Source: an uncultured Draconibacterium sp. (lineage in GTDB: Bacteria > Bacteroidota > Bacteroidia > Bacteroidales > FEN-979). Taken from it: 64,000 bases of DNA. The stretch covers positions 48,259-112,258 of the forward strand of contig CAYHGE010000001.1 in NCBI GenBank assembly GCA_964355945.1. The letters run 5' to 3'. A program made the position numbers and the translations under genes. Shown in pieces: positions 29,168 through 39,221 of the stretch. How positions within the stretch are numbered: the first letter of the stretch is position 1; the number at the start of each line of letters is the position of its first letter. Below the pieces are notes generated by a model. The model was not told where the DNA came from. It saw only the letters and a list, made by a program, of their open reading frames with translations, and made no database searches.

Positions 29168-32026
29168 CTAACAGGAACATTGCAGGTTTCGATCCCCGAA
29201 GGCATCATCAATCCTTGTCACAGTCGGCCAGTATTTATCTTCCTTCAGTGAATCCACAGGGAATGCAGCTTTCTGCCGTGAATAGGGCAGGTTCCATTCA
29301 TCAGCAGACACCATCTGAGCGGTATGAGGCGCCTTCATGATGACATTGATGGCCTTGTCAGCCTGTCCGGAAGCGATCTCGTCAATTTCGCCCTTGATGG
29401 CAACCATTGCTTCCAGGAAGCGGTTCAGCTCTGAATAGGGTTCACTCTCGGTTGGCTCAACCATCAGGGTGCCGTGAACAGGAAAGGCCACGGTCGGGGC
29501 ATGGAAACCATAATCCATCAGGCGTTTGGCGATGTCGATGGCACCGATGCCTGTCTGGCGGCTGATGCCGTTGCAGTCAACGATCATTTCGTGGGCACAC
29601 CGGCCGTTCTTGCCTGAATACAGGATGGGATAATGCGGCTCCAGGCATGATTTTAAATAGTTTGCATTCAGGATAGCCATTTTTGTTGCTTCAGTCAGAC
29701 CTGCTCCGCCCATCAGTTTGATGTAGGCATACGAGATCGTTAGGACAAGTGCACTTCCATAAGGGGCTGATGCCACTGCAGAGATGCCTTCACTGCCTCC
29801 TGTTTCAACCACAACGTGTTTAGGCATGAACGGTGTAAGGTGCCGGGCAACGGCAATTGGTCCCTCACCGGGACCGCCGCCACCATGTGGAATCGCAAAT
29901 GTCTTATGAAGGTTGAGGTGGCAAACGTCGGCCTTGATAATTCCCGGATTTGTCAGCCCTACCTGAGCATTCATGTTCGCGCCATCCATGTAAACCTGTC
30001 CGCCGTTTTCATGAATGATGGCTATAATATCAAGGATCTCCTCTTCGAAAACCCCATGCGTGGATGGATAGGTAACCATCAGGGCAGAGAGTGTATCTTT
30101 GTACTGGATAGCCTTTTCACGGAGATCTGACACATCAATGTTCCCCTTCTCATCGCATTTGACAACTACAACCTTCATGCCTGCCATCGCAGCACTTGCT
30201 GGATTGGTGCCATGTGCAGAGGACGGGATGATGCAAACATCCCTGTGTCCATCCCCCCTGGCAATATGGTACTGACGGATAACCATCAAACCTGCATATT
30301 CTCCGGCAGCACCTGAATTTGGCATGAAGGAAACTGAATCAAACCCTGTGATTGTTGCGAGGTCTTTGGCAAGTTCTGAGATCAGGAACTGGTATCCTTC
30401 GGCCTGGTCTTTCGGCACAAACGGATGTATTCCGCCGAATTCCGGGTAGCTGAGCGCAAACAATTCCGATGCTGCATTGAGTTTCATGGTGCAGGAACCC
30501 AGAGGGATCATCGAACGGTTCAATGCCAGATCCTTGATTTCAAGCTTTTTGATATATCGCATCATCTCCGTTTCGGAATGATAACTGTTAAAAACTTTAT
30601 GTTCAAGGTACCCTGATGTTCTGGTAAGTTGCTGGGGAATAGTTGTAATCAGTTCACATTCCTGAGGATTGCAAACAAATTCGGTATATGTCTTCCCATT
30701 GGCCTTTGCAAAAATTCCGACGAGGATGTTGATGTCGGAAAGCGAGGTGGTTTCATCGATGCTGACGCCCACATGACGTTCATCGATGTAGCGAAGGTTA
30801 AATTTATTCTCCAATGAAGCTTTTTTAATGACCTCCATTGCAACACCTTCCGGTAGCTGGATTCTAACGGTGTCAAAGAAAAAATCGTTTAACTGGGCAT
30901 AGCCATATTTTTTCACCTCCTGGGCAAGCACCCCTGTGAGGATATTAATATGGCGGGCAATCTGGCGTAGTCCTTTCGGGCCGTGATAAACTGTATACAT
31001 TCCTGCCATAACTGCCAGTAAAACCTGGGATGTGCAGATGTTGGAGGTCGCTTTTTCCCGTTTGATGTGCTGTTCCCGGGTTTGAAGTGCCATCCGCAGT
31101 GCACGGTTTCCATTTGCATCAACGGAAACCCCGATGATACGGCCTGGCATCTGTCGCTTGTACTCATCCCGTGTGGCAAAATAGGCGGCATGCGGACCAC
31201 CATAGCCCATCGGAATACCAAAACGCTGGGTGGAACCAAAAACAACATCAGCACCCCATTCTCCCGGAGGGGTGAGCAGGGTAAGACTGAGCAGGTCAGC
31301 TGCAACAGCTACCATCGCCCCAGCGGCGTGTGCTTTTTCAACGATGCCGGAGAAATCACAAACCGAACCATGCTGATTTGGGTACTGTAAAACACAGCCG
31401 AACATTAATTCGTTAAATTCGATATCCTGCTGTTTGTCAACAATGAGTTCAATGCCCAGGGGGATGGCCCGCGTTCTGATTACATCGATCGATTGCGGGA
31501 AAAGGTTTTTAGAAACGAAGAACTGGTTGGCGCCGCGTTTAACAGCGTCTCTTGAACGACTGTTGAAAAGCATGATCATGGCTTCAGAAGCTGCGGTACC
31601 TTCATCAAGCAAAGATGCATTTGCAATGGGCATTGCAGTGAGGTCGCATACCATTGTCTGAAAATTCAGCAAGGCCTCAAGTCTTCCCTGGGATATTTCT
31701 GCCTGGTAAGGAGTATAAGCAGTGTACCATCCCGGGTTTTCCAGGATATTTCTTAAAATAACGGCGGGAACAATGGTGTCGTAATACCCCATGCCGATAA
31801 AGCTTTTGTAAAGTTTGTTTTTTGCACCGATTGACCGGATGTGGGTCAGGTACTGATGCTCATTCATCCCGGTTGGAAGGTCGAGGGGTGCCTTCATCCG
31901 GATTGAGGATGGAACAGTTTGATCTATAAGCTGATCAATAGAGGCAACTCCAATTTTTTCAAGCATGAGGTTGATTTCATCGCCGAAAGGTCCGTTGTGT
32001 CGTCTTGCAAAGTTATTGTTGATCAT
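29168..32026 (-). CDS. gcvP: Glycine dehydrogenase (decarboxylating), P protein
   Basis: [70 protein letters not shown]. Start set to ATG 32026, just downstream of a promoter motif. Confidence 0.98.
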   Translation of the reverse strand: MINNNFARRHNGPFGDEINLMLEKIGVASIDQLIDQTVPSSIRMKAPLDLPTGMNEHQYLTHIRSIGAKNKLYKSFIGMGYYDTIVPAVILRNILENPGWYTAYTPYQAEISQGRLEALLNFQTMVCDLTAMPIANASLLDEGTAASEAMIMLFNSRSRDAVKRGANQFFVSKNLFPQSIDVIRTRAIPLGIELIVDKQQDIEFNELMFGCVLQYPNQHGSVCDFSGIVEKAHAAGAMVAVAADLLSLTLLTPPGEWGADVVFGSTQRFGIPMGYGGPHAAYFATRDEYKRQMPGRIIGVSVDANGNRALRMALQTREQHIKREKATSNICTSQVLLAVMAGMYTVYHGPKGLRQIARHINILTGVLAQEVKKYGYAQLNDFFFDTVRIQLPEGVAMEVIKKASLENKFNLRYIDERHVGVSIDETTSLSDINILVGIFAKANGKTYTEFVCNPQECELITTIPQQLTRTSGYLEHKVFNSYHSETEMMRYIKKLEIKDLALNRSMIPLGSCTMKLNAASELFALSYPEFGGIHPFVPKDQAEGYQFLISELAKDLATITGFDSVSFMPNSGAAGEYAGLMVIRQYHIARGDGHRDVCIIPSSAHGTNPASAAMAGMKVVVVKCDEKGNIDVSDLREKAIQYKDTLSALMVTYPSTHGVFEEEILDIIAIIHENGGQVYMDGANMNAQVGLTNPGIIKADVCHLNLHKTFAIPHGGGGPGEGPIAVARHLTPFMPKHVVVETGGSEGISAVASAPYGSALVLTISYAYIKLMGGAGLTEATKMAILNANYLKSCLEPHYPILYSGKNGRCAHEMIVDCNGISRQTGIGAIDIAKRLMDYGFHAPTVAFPVHGTLMVEPTESEPYSELNRFLEAMVAIKGEIDEIASGQADKAINVIMKAPHTAQMVSADEWNLPYSRQKAAFPVDSLKEDKYWPTVTRIDDAFGDRNLQCSC

Positions 32027-32058
32027 GTGGAAGTTTTTTTGAGATTTTGAATGCAGCG

Positions 32059-32066
32059 CAAAAGTA
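32059..32066 (-). promoter_or_regulatory. -7 promoter element (TACTTTTG) for gcvP
   Basis: TAnnTTTG match 32 nt before the ATG. Confidence 0.55.
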
Positions 32067-32099
32067 CCAAAAGTTTGTGAAATGATAAACAATTAAAAC

Positions 32100-32130
32100 A
32101 CCCTGACGGGGTCCATAACCCTGTCAGGGT
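32100..32130. repeat. REP-like palindrome ACCCTGACGGGGT-N5-ACCCTGTCAGGGT
   Basis: 13-bp stem with one mismatch (G.U in RNA); separate from the adjacent terminator. Confidence 0.6.
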
Positions 32131-32135
32131 CCATG

Positions 32136-32168
32136 AAAAAACGCCGCCCCTGCAAGGAACGGCGTTTT
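32136..32168 (-). terminator. Rho-independent terminator of the PKD/T9SS gene
   Basis: Minus strand AAAACGCCG-N13-CGGCGTTTTTT, 21 nt after the stop at 32190. Confidence 0.8.
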
Positions 32169-32189
32169 CAAAATGATTACTGAACAGAT

Positions 32190-34424
32190 CTATTTTGTCT
32201 TAACAAGTTTGGTGGTTAAAATCACACCGTTTTGGGTGAAAATCCGCAAGGTGTAGATGCCATCAGGCAGAGAGGCTACGCTCACTTTAACAGTGTTATT
32301 GCCTGCTGTAAGAGTTATCTGACTGCTCTCAACCAGTTGCCCTGTAAGATTATAAACTGAAATTCCGGCTTTAGTTCCTTGTTTCATGTCAATGTTTACC
32401 GTCAGATTGTCAATAACAGGATTCGGGTAAGCAATCCACTGGTTTGCAAGAGTGACCTCATCCCGGGTTCCCTGAATGGTATTCCCGCTGAAGGTCATCA
32501 CCACATCGATGTGAGGATTTTCCGGTGTAAGTATGATCTTAACCATGTCACTTGTAACACCGGGCATTTCAGCATGCAGGAAATAGGTTCCGTAGGCAAG
32601 GGTTGGAAAACTGAAGGCACCGGCACCGGTAACCCGGGTAAAACCAATTGCATTGCCCTGCTCATTCAGCAGGATCATATTGATCTTATCCATCATCGAG
32701 CTGTACATATCACCCAGGTTGATCTGGCCATTGGTTGACCCCGGGCCGGGAGTCATCTGGTCAGATGGAACAAGGCTAATGTTGTAAGGATTGTTTTCTG
32801 CTCCCAGGTTTATAAGTGTCGCTTGCTCCCAGCTGATGGTGTTGCCGTAATAGGTTGGCAGATATCCGTTTGAATCAAAGGGAATCGCCATGATGTAATA
32901 GTTGCCGTCAGGGACCAGTGTGAAATAGTAAACCCCGTTTGAATCTATCGGGCATACCGCAACAAATGGCTGGTAGTTAGCATTTGTGTCAACAGAGAAG
33001 ATCATCGCCATTCCGAGTGGAAGAGGGAAATTGCCTTCAAATACCTGTCCGTAAATCTGATGATAATTGACACTGTCCTGGATGACAACAATCTGACAGA
33101 AAGTACTTGTACAGTTATTCCCTGCGATGGTGAGGCATACATTATATGAACCGGGTGACGTGTAATTGTGAATTGGGTTTTGCATTGTTCCTGATGTGCC
33201 GTCACCAAAACTCCATAACCATGATGTCGGATTTCCGGTGGAAAGGTCAGTAAAGGAAACCGTGCTATACCCGGAGGCGGGAGCAGTGGCATACGAGAAA
33301 TAGGCCTGGCAACCACCGCCTGAGCCAACGGTAACCGTATCTGAAGTAACATCATAGCATGTTTGGTTCGGGCTTCCGATGGTAAGGGTCACCTGGTAGT
33401 AGCCACTTGTTGCATAGGTATGTACAGGATTCTGCTCAAAAGAGGAGTTGCCGTCTCCGAAATTCCAGTTCCAGGATGCGATATTACCGGTCGACAGGTC
33501 GATGAAGTGAAGGGTGTTGCCTGAATTCAGCGAATCACCATAATAGGTAAAGGCCGCATGACAGGCAGGTGGTCCACCAACTGCAAGGGTGTCGCAGGTC
33601 ATGTCGTAGCAGGTGCTGTCTGCTCCCTGGATGGTCAGGCAGACCCCGTAGATGCCTGATTGAGCATAGGTGTGTATGGGATTTTGCAGATTGGAGGTCA
33701 TTCCATCACCGAAATTCCATGTCCAGGAAACAATATTTCCTGCTGACTGATCGATGAAATGATAGGTGTTAAGTGTGTTTGAGCTGTCAGGAACTATGGT
33801 AAATGCAGCCTGACAATCACCGCCATTGATGGAATCCCAGGCATAAACTGTTTGGGTAATGGTGTTGTAGCATGTCGTTCCAAGTGCCCCTATGGTAAGA
33901 GACACGTCATAATAACCAGCCTGAGTGTACGTATGAACCGGATTTATCGAATTCGAATAGGTTCCGTCGCCAAATGACCATTGGCGGATATCGAATCCTC
34001 CCACTGAGAAGTCATAGAAATTAAAAACAAGAGGCTGCTGCTGTTGGCTTGTGAATGCAGCCTGACAGGGATTGTTATTATAACAGATTGCAAATATAGC
34101 TGTAAAGCTGGTATTGGCCGGGCTATAAACGAATGATTGTATGTTAAGATAATTCTGACAATCAACAGTCCCAACATATAGATTTCCCTGGGTTCCGCCA
34201 TTTTGAATGATGATTGTATCAGAGTAAAAACCGCTGTTGTTGGTATAAACAGTGTGATAAAAATACCATCCTGCATTAGAATCGTTGTGTATGATTACGG
34301 CCTGATTTGGTATCGGATTGCCGTTAGACAGGTCCGTAACTGTTCCGTTGACAAGCAAAAATCCTTGAGACATGGCTGGAATCACCAGCAGCAGAAACAA
34401 AATCGGAAGAAGTAGTTTTTTCAT
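32190..34424 (-). CDS. Secreted PKD-repeat protein with T9SS type A sorting domain
   Basis: Signal peptide; four C.A.F...F.D.S...W.FGDG....NP.H.Y...G.Y.V.LTI repeats; carboxypeptidase-regulatory-like beta domains; YPNP...GIYTL...KLVK. No catalytic domain recognised. Confidence 0.9.
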   Translation of the reverse strand: MKKLLLPILFLLLVIPAMSQGFLLVNGTVTDLSNGNPIPNQAVIIHNDSNAGWYFYHTVYTNNSGFYSDTIIIQNGGTQGNLYVGTVDCQNYLNIQSFVYSPANTSFTAIFAICYNNNPCQAAFTSQQQQPLVFNFYDFSVGGFDIRQWSFGDGTYSNSINPVHTYTQAGYYDVSLTIGALGTTCYNTITQTVYAWDSINGGDCQAAFTIVPDSSNTLNTYHFIDQSAGNIVSWTWNFGDGMTSNLQNPIHTYAQSGIYGVCLTIQGADSTCYDMTCDTLAVGGPPACHAAFTYYGDSLNSGNTLHFIDLSTGNIASWNWNFGDGNSSFEQNPVHTYATSGYYQVTLTIGSPNQTCYDVTSDTVTVGSGGGCQAYFSYATAPASGYSTVSFTDLSTGNPTSWLWSFGDGTSGTMQNPIHNYTSPGSYNVCLTIAGNNCTSTFCQIVVIQDSVNYHQIYGQVFEGNFPLPLGMAMIFSVDTNANYQPFVAVCPIDSNGVYYFTLVPDGNYYIMAIPFDSNGYLPTYYGNTISWEQATLINLGAENNPYNISLVPSDQMTPGPGSTNGQINLGDMYSSMMDKINMILLNEQGNAIGFTRVTGAGAFSFPTLAYGTYFLHAEMPGVTSDMVKIILTPENPHIDVVMTFSGNTIQGTRDEVTLANQWIAYPNPVIDNLTVNIDMKQGTKAGISVYNLTGQLVESSQITLTAGNNTVKVSVASLPDGIYTLRIFTQNGVILTTKLVKTK

Positions 34425-34502
34425 GGTAAATTTGTTTTAATGGTTTGTGTATTTATTGAGTTGTGATTTTTTAAGAACCTGGTTCCGGAGGTTTATGATG
34501 TT

Positions 34503-34530
34503 ATAACCCGACAGAAGAAAAAGGTTGCCT
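34503..34530 (-). promoter_or_regulatory. Putative ECF sigma promoter AGGCAACCTTT-N12-GTTAT upstream of the PKD gene
   Basis: Identical 11-nt -35 block and 5-nt -10 block, with the same spacing as the motif at 36573-36600. Confidence 0.7.
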
Positions 34531-34549
34531 GTGCCCCGGGACCTTTATT

Positions 34550-35977
34550 TCAAAAATGGATGACAAAAGCTGCGCGAACCCCTGCAGACCATGGTTTAGT
34601 ATTGTTAACCGGTTTTTCGTAAACAGAATTAAAATAGTACCTGACATTTGGCTCGAGTTCAAAAAACAACGCCTCCGACAATTTAAAAGCGGTGTTGATG
34701 CCTCCCATTACCTGCCAGTTCAGGCTTACCTGCTCCGGGGCAATGTCATTCACACTGATAATGCGTTTTGTCCCGGGATCATATTCGTCAGAGAGTTGCT
34801 TTGAAACCAGCAGGACTGACAACACCGGTCCCACCCTGAACCCCATTGAAATCCGCTCTGTTTGCCAGAAATCATATCCTATGATCATTGGGATCTGAAG
34901 GTACGTGTAGCGTTTTACCACTTTGGCATAATCGAGTTTCATCAGGCTGTCCCATACATCCTTTTTTGACAGGTACATACTCGGTACGTAACTATGTGTT
35001 GGATCATCCCATTTGAAATTCATGGAATCCAGGTGGTTATAGGCACCCAGGAAATCATTGTACTCCACCACAACTTCATTGGTCCCTTTGCCAATTGACA
35101 CCCCTGCACCGGTACGTATTGAAAATTTCCCGAAATGAAATGTTCCCTCAACTCCGAAATTGTTCACAAATTTTGTGCCTTCCAGGGTGTTAAACATCCA
35201 CTCAGGAGTGTAATAAACGCCAATGGCAGGGATCCATTTACTGCTGTTTCCGGCTGCTTCGGAAGATTTATTTTTAATCGCTGGAGCAGGAATTTGGACA
35301 GAGTCGCTTGTTTGTGGCAAGGTTGAATCAGGAGCAGACACATCAGGCATTATCACAGAGGCAGGTAAGTTGATCTCTGCTTCCATTGTGCTATCGGGTT
35401 TTTTAACATCGTTCCCCGGAGTTGAAACATTGCCTGGATTTGCAACGGCAAGCCCCCCCCCAGAAATTGCTGACAAAGAAGATGATTTTGTCATCTCATT
35501 TTTCTTATCGGGCATTATCGGATTGGCTGACGGCTTTTGTTTTTCTGAGTTTTTCCCAAAGGCAGGGACTGGGTTCGAAAACTGCGTTGACTCACCTGTA
35601 ACAGGCTGTTGGTTTGATATGGGTACAGAAGAATTAAGGGTCTTGTTTTGTTTGGAGATACCAGTGGATTGGGTTTGGTTTAATGGGTGATGCGTATTCA
35701 GCCCTGCTGAATGAACTTGCCTGGTAGCAGGAGTTACTTTCTTACCGGCATTTGAAGAGAACTTTTCTGAAGTGATGGCCCATATCAATAATCCTGCACT
35801 GATAAGAACAAAAATACCAGAGAGCAGGATCAGGCCTGTTCTTCCCTTCTTCTCAGGTTGCGAAATCTGCATCGCATCCTGCAGGAAAGCCTTTTTGGCT
35901 GCCTCAGAGGGCTTCATCTGATGATCTTTCAGGGTCTCCCTGAAGAGATCATCGATCGGATGATTATACTTTTTCAT
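34550..35977 (-). CDS. Putative dual-membrane-spanning anti-sigma factor: N-terminal cytoplasmic segment, TM helix, disordered linker, C-terminal PorT-like beta-barrel
   Basis: aa1-47 IDDLFRETL..H..KPS; TM aa48-68; S/T/P/N/Q/K-rich linker of about 175 aa; amphipathic strands (YTYLQIP, GFRVGP, ELEPNVRYY); terminal Phe. Overlaps the ECF sigma stop by 14 bp. Confidence 0.75.
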   Translation of the reverse strand: MKKYNHPIDDLFRETLKDHQMKPSEAAKKAFLQDAMQISQPEKKGRTGLILLSGIFVLISAGLLIWAITSEKFSSNAGKKVTPATRQVHSAGLNTHHPLNQTQSTGISKQNKTLNSSVPISNQQPVTGESTQFSNPVPAFGKNSEKQKPSANPIMPDKKNEMTKSSSLSAISGGGLAVANPGNVSTPGNDVKKPDSTMEAEINLPASVIMPDVSAPDSTLPQTSDSVQIPAPAIKNKSSEAAGNSSKWIPAIGVYYTPEWMFNTLEGTKFVNNFGVEGTFHFGKFSIRTGAGVSIGKGTNEVVVEYNDFLGAYNHLDSMNFKWDDPTHSYVPSMYLSKKDVWDSLMKLDYAKVVKRYTYLQIPMIIGYDFWQTERISMGFRVGPVLSVLLVSKQLSDEYDPGTKRIISVNDIAPEQVSLNWQVMGGINTAFKLSEALFFELEPNVRYYFNSVYEKPVNNTKPWSAGVRAAFVIHF

Positions 35978-36548
35978 AGGTCGGTGATGGTTTAATGTTG
36001 ACCAGCTGATCCATTTTTTTTCTTAATAAAGCGCGGGCTTTTGAAAGCTGCGATTTGGATGTGTTTTCTGAGCATAAGAGCATTTCGGCAATCTCCTTGT
36101 GCCCGTATTGTTCAAAAACGAAGAGGTTGAAAACGGTCCGGTACCCGGCCGGCAGTTCACAGATCAACTGCATAATCTGCTCCTTGTCGATATTAAGATA
36201 TACCTCTTCCGGATCTGCCTCTTCTTCGTTGTGAAGATCGATTTTATCCAGGATCGGGTCAATGTCAATGAAATATTTCTCTTTCTGGCGGCTGCGTAAA
36301 AAGTTCAACGCAGTATTGACCATGATCCTTCTCATCCAGGCTTCCAGGCTTCCATCGGAACGGATTCTGAACGTGTGGATTTTCTGGATGATTTTAATAA
36401 ACCCGTCGTGAAGAATGTCTTCCGCATCATTCCTGTTCCCTGAATAGCGGAAACAGACGCTCAACATTGAAGGTGCATGGCTGTCATACAACGCTTCAAT
36501 GGCGCCTGCATCCCTGGTTATCGCTTTTTTTATAAGATGTTCCTCCAC
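35964..36548 (-). CDS. ECF (sigma-70 group 4) RNA polymerase sigma factor
   Basis: DAEDILHDGFIKI, W.RRI.VNTALN (region 2); LPAGYRTVFNL...GHKEIA......NTSKSQLSKAR (region 4); GTG start. Confidence 0.95.
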   Translation of the reverse strand: MEEHLIKKAITRDAGAIEALYDSHAPSMLSVCFRYSGNRNDAEDILHDGFIKIIQKIHTFRIRSDGSLEAWMRRIMVNTALNFLRSRQKEKYFIDIDPILDKIDLHNEEEADPEEVYLNIDKEQIMQLICELPAGYRTVFNLFVFEQYGHKEIAEMLLCSENTSKSQLSKARALLRKKMDQLVNIKPSPTYEKV

Positions 36549-36572
36549 GGGTTTACTCTATCCTGCATAAAG

Positions 36573-36600
36573 ATAACACAACACTATCCAAAGGTTGCCT
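36573..36600 (-). promoter_or_regulatory. Putative autoregulatory ECF promoter AGGCAACCTTT-N12-GTTAT
   Basis: Lies between the hppA terminator and the sigma start; duplicated at 34503-34530. Confidence 0.7.
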
Positions 36601-36610
36601 TAAAAATATG

Positions 36611-36652
36611 AAAAAAAGAGGCTGCCAGAAATATTCCGACAGCCTCTATTTT
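36611..36652 (-). terminator. Rho-independent terminator of hppA
   Basis: Minus strand AGAGGCTGTCGGAA..TTCTGGCAGCCTCT followed by a T-run. Confidence 0.8.
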
Positions 36653-36667
36653 GCAAGTAGTTGAAAG

Positions 36668-39088
36668 TTAATCTTTAATACGCATTTTGTAAAATGAACG
36701 GTAAACAAAATATAAAGCAACCGCAAAAAATGCCATTCCGATATAATGGGCGAATGGCCTGAAGTGAACGGACAGGGCTATTTCCATAGCCAGCAATCCA
36801 AACAGGGTGGTGAATTTAATAATGGGATTCATAGCAACGGATGAAGTATCTTTAAAAGGATCACCTACTGTATCGCCCACAACGGATGCAGCATGGAGAT
36901 CAGTGCCTTTTTCCTTCATATCCACTTCAATCACCTTTTTTGCATTGTCCCACGCACCGCCCGCATTGGCCATGAAAATTGCCTGGTACAAACCAAAGAA
37001 TGCAATGGAAATCAGGTAACTTACGAAAAGCGAAACCGGTAAAGCGTAGTTTAGTTTTTCAGCACCGGTCATCGATTCAGTCAAACCGGTAGGAGAGGAT
37101 AAAAATGCAAAGGCCAGCGCAAAAGAGAAAATGGCGATGAAGATATTCAACATCCCTTTTTGGGCATAAACCGTGCAAATTTTTACAACTTCTTTCGATT
37201 TGGCTGTATCTGCTTTTTTCGGGGCATTCGGATCGAGGTTGATGTTTTCCTTGATATAGGCTACTGCCCGGCTTGCACCTGTTGTTACCGCCTGAATTGA
37301 AGCTCCGCTAAACCAGTAGATTACCGCTCCACCTAAAAGGAATCCTAAAATTGTATATGGATTAAGGAGGTTAAGGATCTGTTCAGGTTCGATACCCAGC
37401 GATTTTTTAATAACCAGGATCAGTGAAAAAATCATCGTGGTGGCACCTACAACTGCGGTGCCAATCAACACCGGTTTGGCAGTGGCTTTAAAGGTGTTTC
37501 CTGCACCATCATTGGCCTCAAGATAATGTTTGGATTTTGCGAAATCAGGTTTAAAACCAAAATCGCGTTCAATTTCAGCGGAAATACCGGGAATTTCTTC
37601 AATCAGCGAAAGCTCATAAATGGATTGGGCATTGTCGGTTACAGGGCCATAGCTGTCAACCGCAATGGTAACAGGACCCATGCCCAGCATACCAAAAGCC
37701 ACAAGGCCGAAGGCAAAGATCGATGGATAGATCATCACATTGCTGAGTCCGAAATTGCTTGCATAATAGGCAACAAACATAAGCAGGAAAAAGACCATTC
37801 CCTGCCAGAAAGCGCTGAAATTTCCGGCAACAAGCCCGGAAAGGATGTTGAGAGAAGCGCCGCCTTCCTGTGATGCAACCACAACTTCGTTCACATGCGT
37901 CGATTTCGGACTGGTGAAAAGTTTTGTAAACTCAGGGATCAGGGCGGCTCCTAATGTTCCTGCACTGATGATTACTGACAAAGTTATCCATAAATCATTC
38001 GCCAGGTCGCCTATGGTCAGGTAACTGATCACAAATGTTACAACGATAGAAAGGATTGAGGTTATCCATACCAGTGAGGTCAGAGGTTTCTCAAAATCAA
38101 GGTCGTCAGCATTGCTGTACTTGGCTTTGCTGATGGCTCCATTGATCCAGAAAGCCACGATGGAGGTGATGATCATGAAAATTCTCATTACGAAGATCCA
38201 GGTGAGCAACTGAACCTGAAGTACAGGGTCGGCAACTGCGAGAACGATGAAAGAAATCAATGCAACGCCGGTTACACCATAAGTTTCAAAACCGTCAGCC
38301 GTCGGGCCAACACTGTCGCCGGCATTATCGCCAACACAGTCGGCAATGGTTCCCGGATTTCTGGGGTCATCTTCACCGATTTTAAAGATCACCTTCATCA
38401 GGTCAGATCCAATGTCGGCAATTTTGGTAAAAATACCTCCCGCAATTCTCAACGCGGAAGCGCCCAGCGATTCGCCAATTGCAAATCCGATAAAGCTTGC
38501 ACCTGCATATTCTCCTGGAACAAACATCAGGATGACCAGCATCATAATCAGTTCCAGGGAGATAAGGACAACACCGATACTCATTCCTGCATTCAGCGGG
38601 ATATTGAGCAACTTGATAGGTTTCCTTTCCAGAGAAGCAAATGCCATCCGGGCATTGGCGAGCGTATTCATCCTGATTCCAAACCATGCAACGCTGTATG
38701 AACCAAGGATGCCAATAATGGTCCATCCCAGGATCATTAAAACACCACCGATTCCAAAACTGGCATCCGAGAGCCATCCGAAATAAAATGCCACGGCAGA
38801 ACCGATAAAAACAAAAAGAATTACTAAAAATTTCCCCTGCTGAATGAGATAGGTTTTTGAGGTTTCAAAAATCACTTGTGCAACATCCAGCATGGACTTA
38901 TGTGCACCGATTTTTTTTACTTTAAGAAATTGGTACAACCCGAACATAAAACCTGCCAGTGTGATCAAAAATCCCCAGTAAAGGATAGATTGATTTCGTA
39001 TATCTGCAGGAATTACAAGGTTTGCCTCGCCAGCCATTGTCAGAAATGGCAATAGCAAAGCCGTGAAAAAGGTAATGGCTCTTTTCAT
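36668..39088 (-). CDS. hppA: Membrane-bound cation-translocating pyrophosphatase (long, divergent type)
   Basis: GGIFTKIADIGSDL, EDDPRNP..IADCVGDNAGD, DSYGPVTDNA, GNTFKA, GGAWDNAKK, GDTVGDPFKDT; 806 aa. Confidence 0.95.
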   Translation of the reverse strand: MKRAITFFTALLLPFLTMAGEANLVIPADIRNQSILYWGFLITLAGFMFGLYQFLKVKKIGAHKSMLDVAQVIFETSKTYLIQQGKFLVILFVFIGSAVAFYFGWLSDASFGIGGVLMILGWTIIGILGSYSVAWFGIRMNTLANARMAFASLERKPIKLLNIPLNAGMSIGVVLISLELIMMLVILMFVPGEYAGASFIGFAIGESLGASALRIAGGIFTKIADIGSDLMKVIFKIGEDDPRNPGTIADCVGDNAGDSVGPTADGFETYGVTGVALISFIVLAVADPVLQVQLLTWIFVMRIFMIITSIVAFWINGAISKAKYSNADDLDFEKPLTSLVWITSILSIVVTFVISYLTIGDLANDLWITLSVIISAGTLGAALIPEFTKLFTSPKSTHVNEVVVASQEGGASLNILSGLVAGNFSAFWQGMVFFLLMFVAYYASNFGLSNVMIYPSIFAFGLVAFGMLGMGPVTIAVDSYGPVTDNAQSIYELSLIEEIPGISAEIERDFGFKPDFAKSKHYLEANDGAGNTFKATAKPVLIGTAVVGATTMIFSLILVIKKSLGIEPEQILNLLNPYTILGFLLGGAVIYWFSGASIQAVTTGASRAVAYIKENINLDPNAPKKADTAKSKEVVKICTVYAQKGMLNIFIAIFSFALAFAFLSSPTGLTESMTGAEKLNYALPVSLFVSYLISIAFFGLYQAIFMANAGGAWDNAKKVIEVDMKEKGTDLHAASVVGDTVGDPFKDTSSVAMNPIIKFTTLFGLLAMEIALSVHFRPFAHYIGMAFFAVALYFVYRSFYKMRIKD

Positions 39089-39221
39089 ATTTACTTATTT
39101 ATTAGTTGAACTGTTCACAAAAATAGAAAGAATTTCGAGAAAACATAGAATTTTCGAACAACTTTTGTCTGTTAGGGAAAATTCCCGTAGGTTTGTAATT
39201 GGTAAACTTTGATAGGGTAAG

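Noticed and set aside
32027..32135. Glycine riboswitch upstream of gcvP
   Set aside because: The predicted leader is only about 30 nt and no aptamer consensus is visible.
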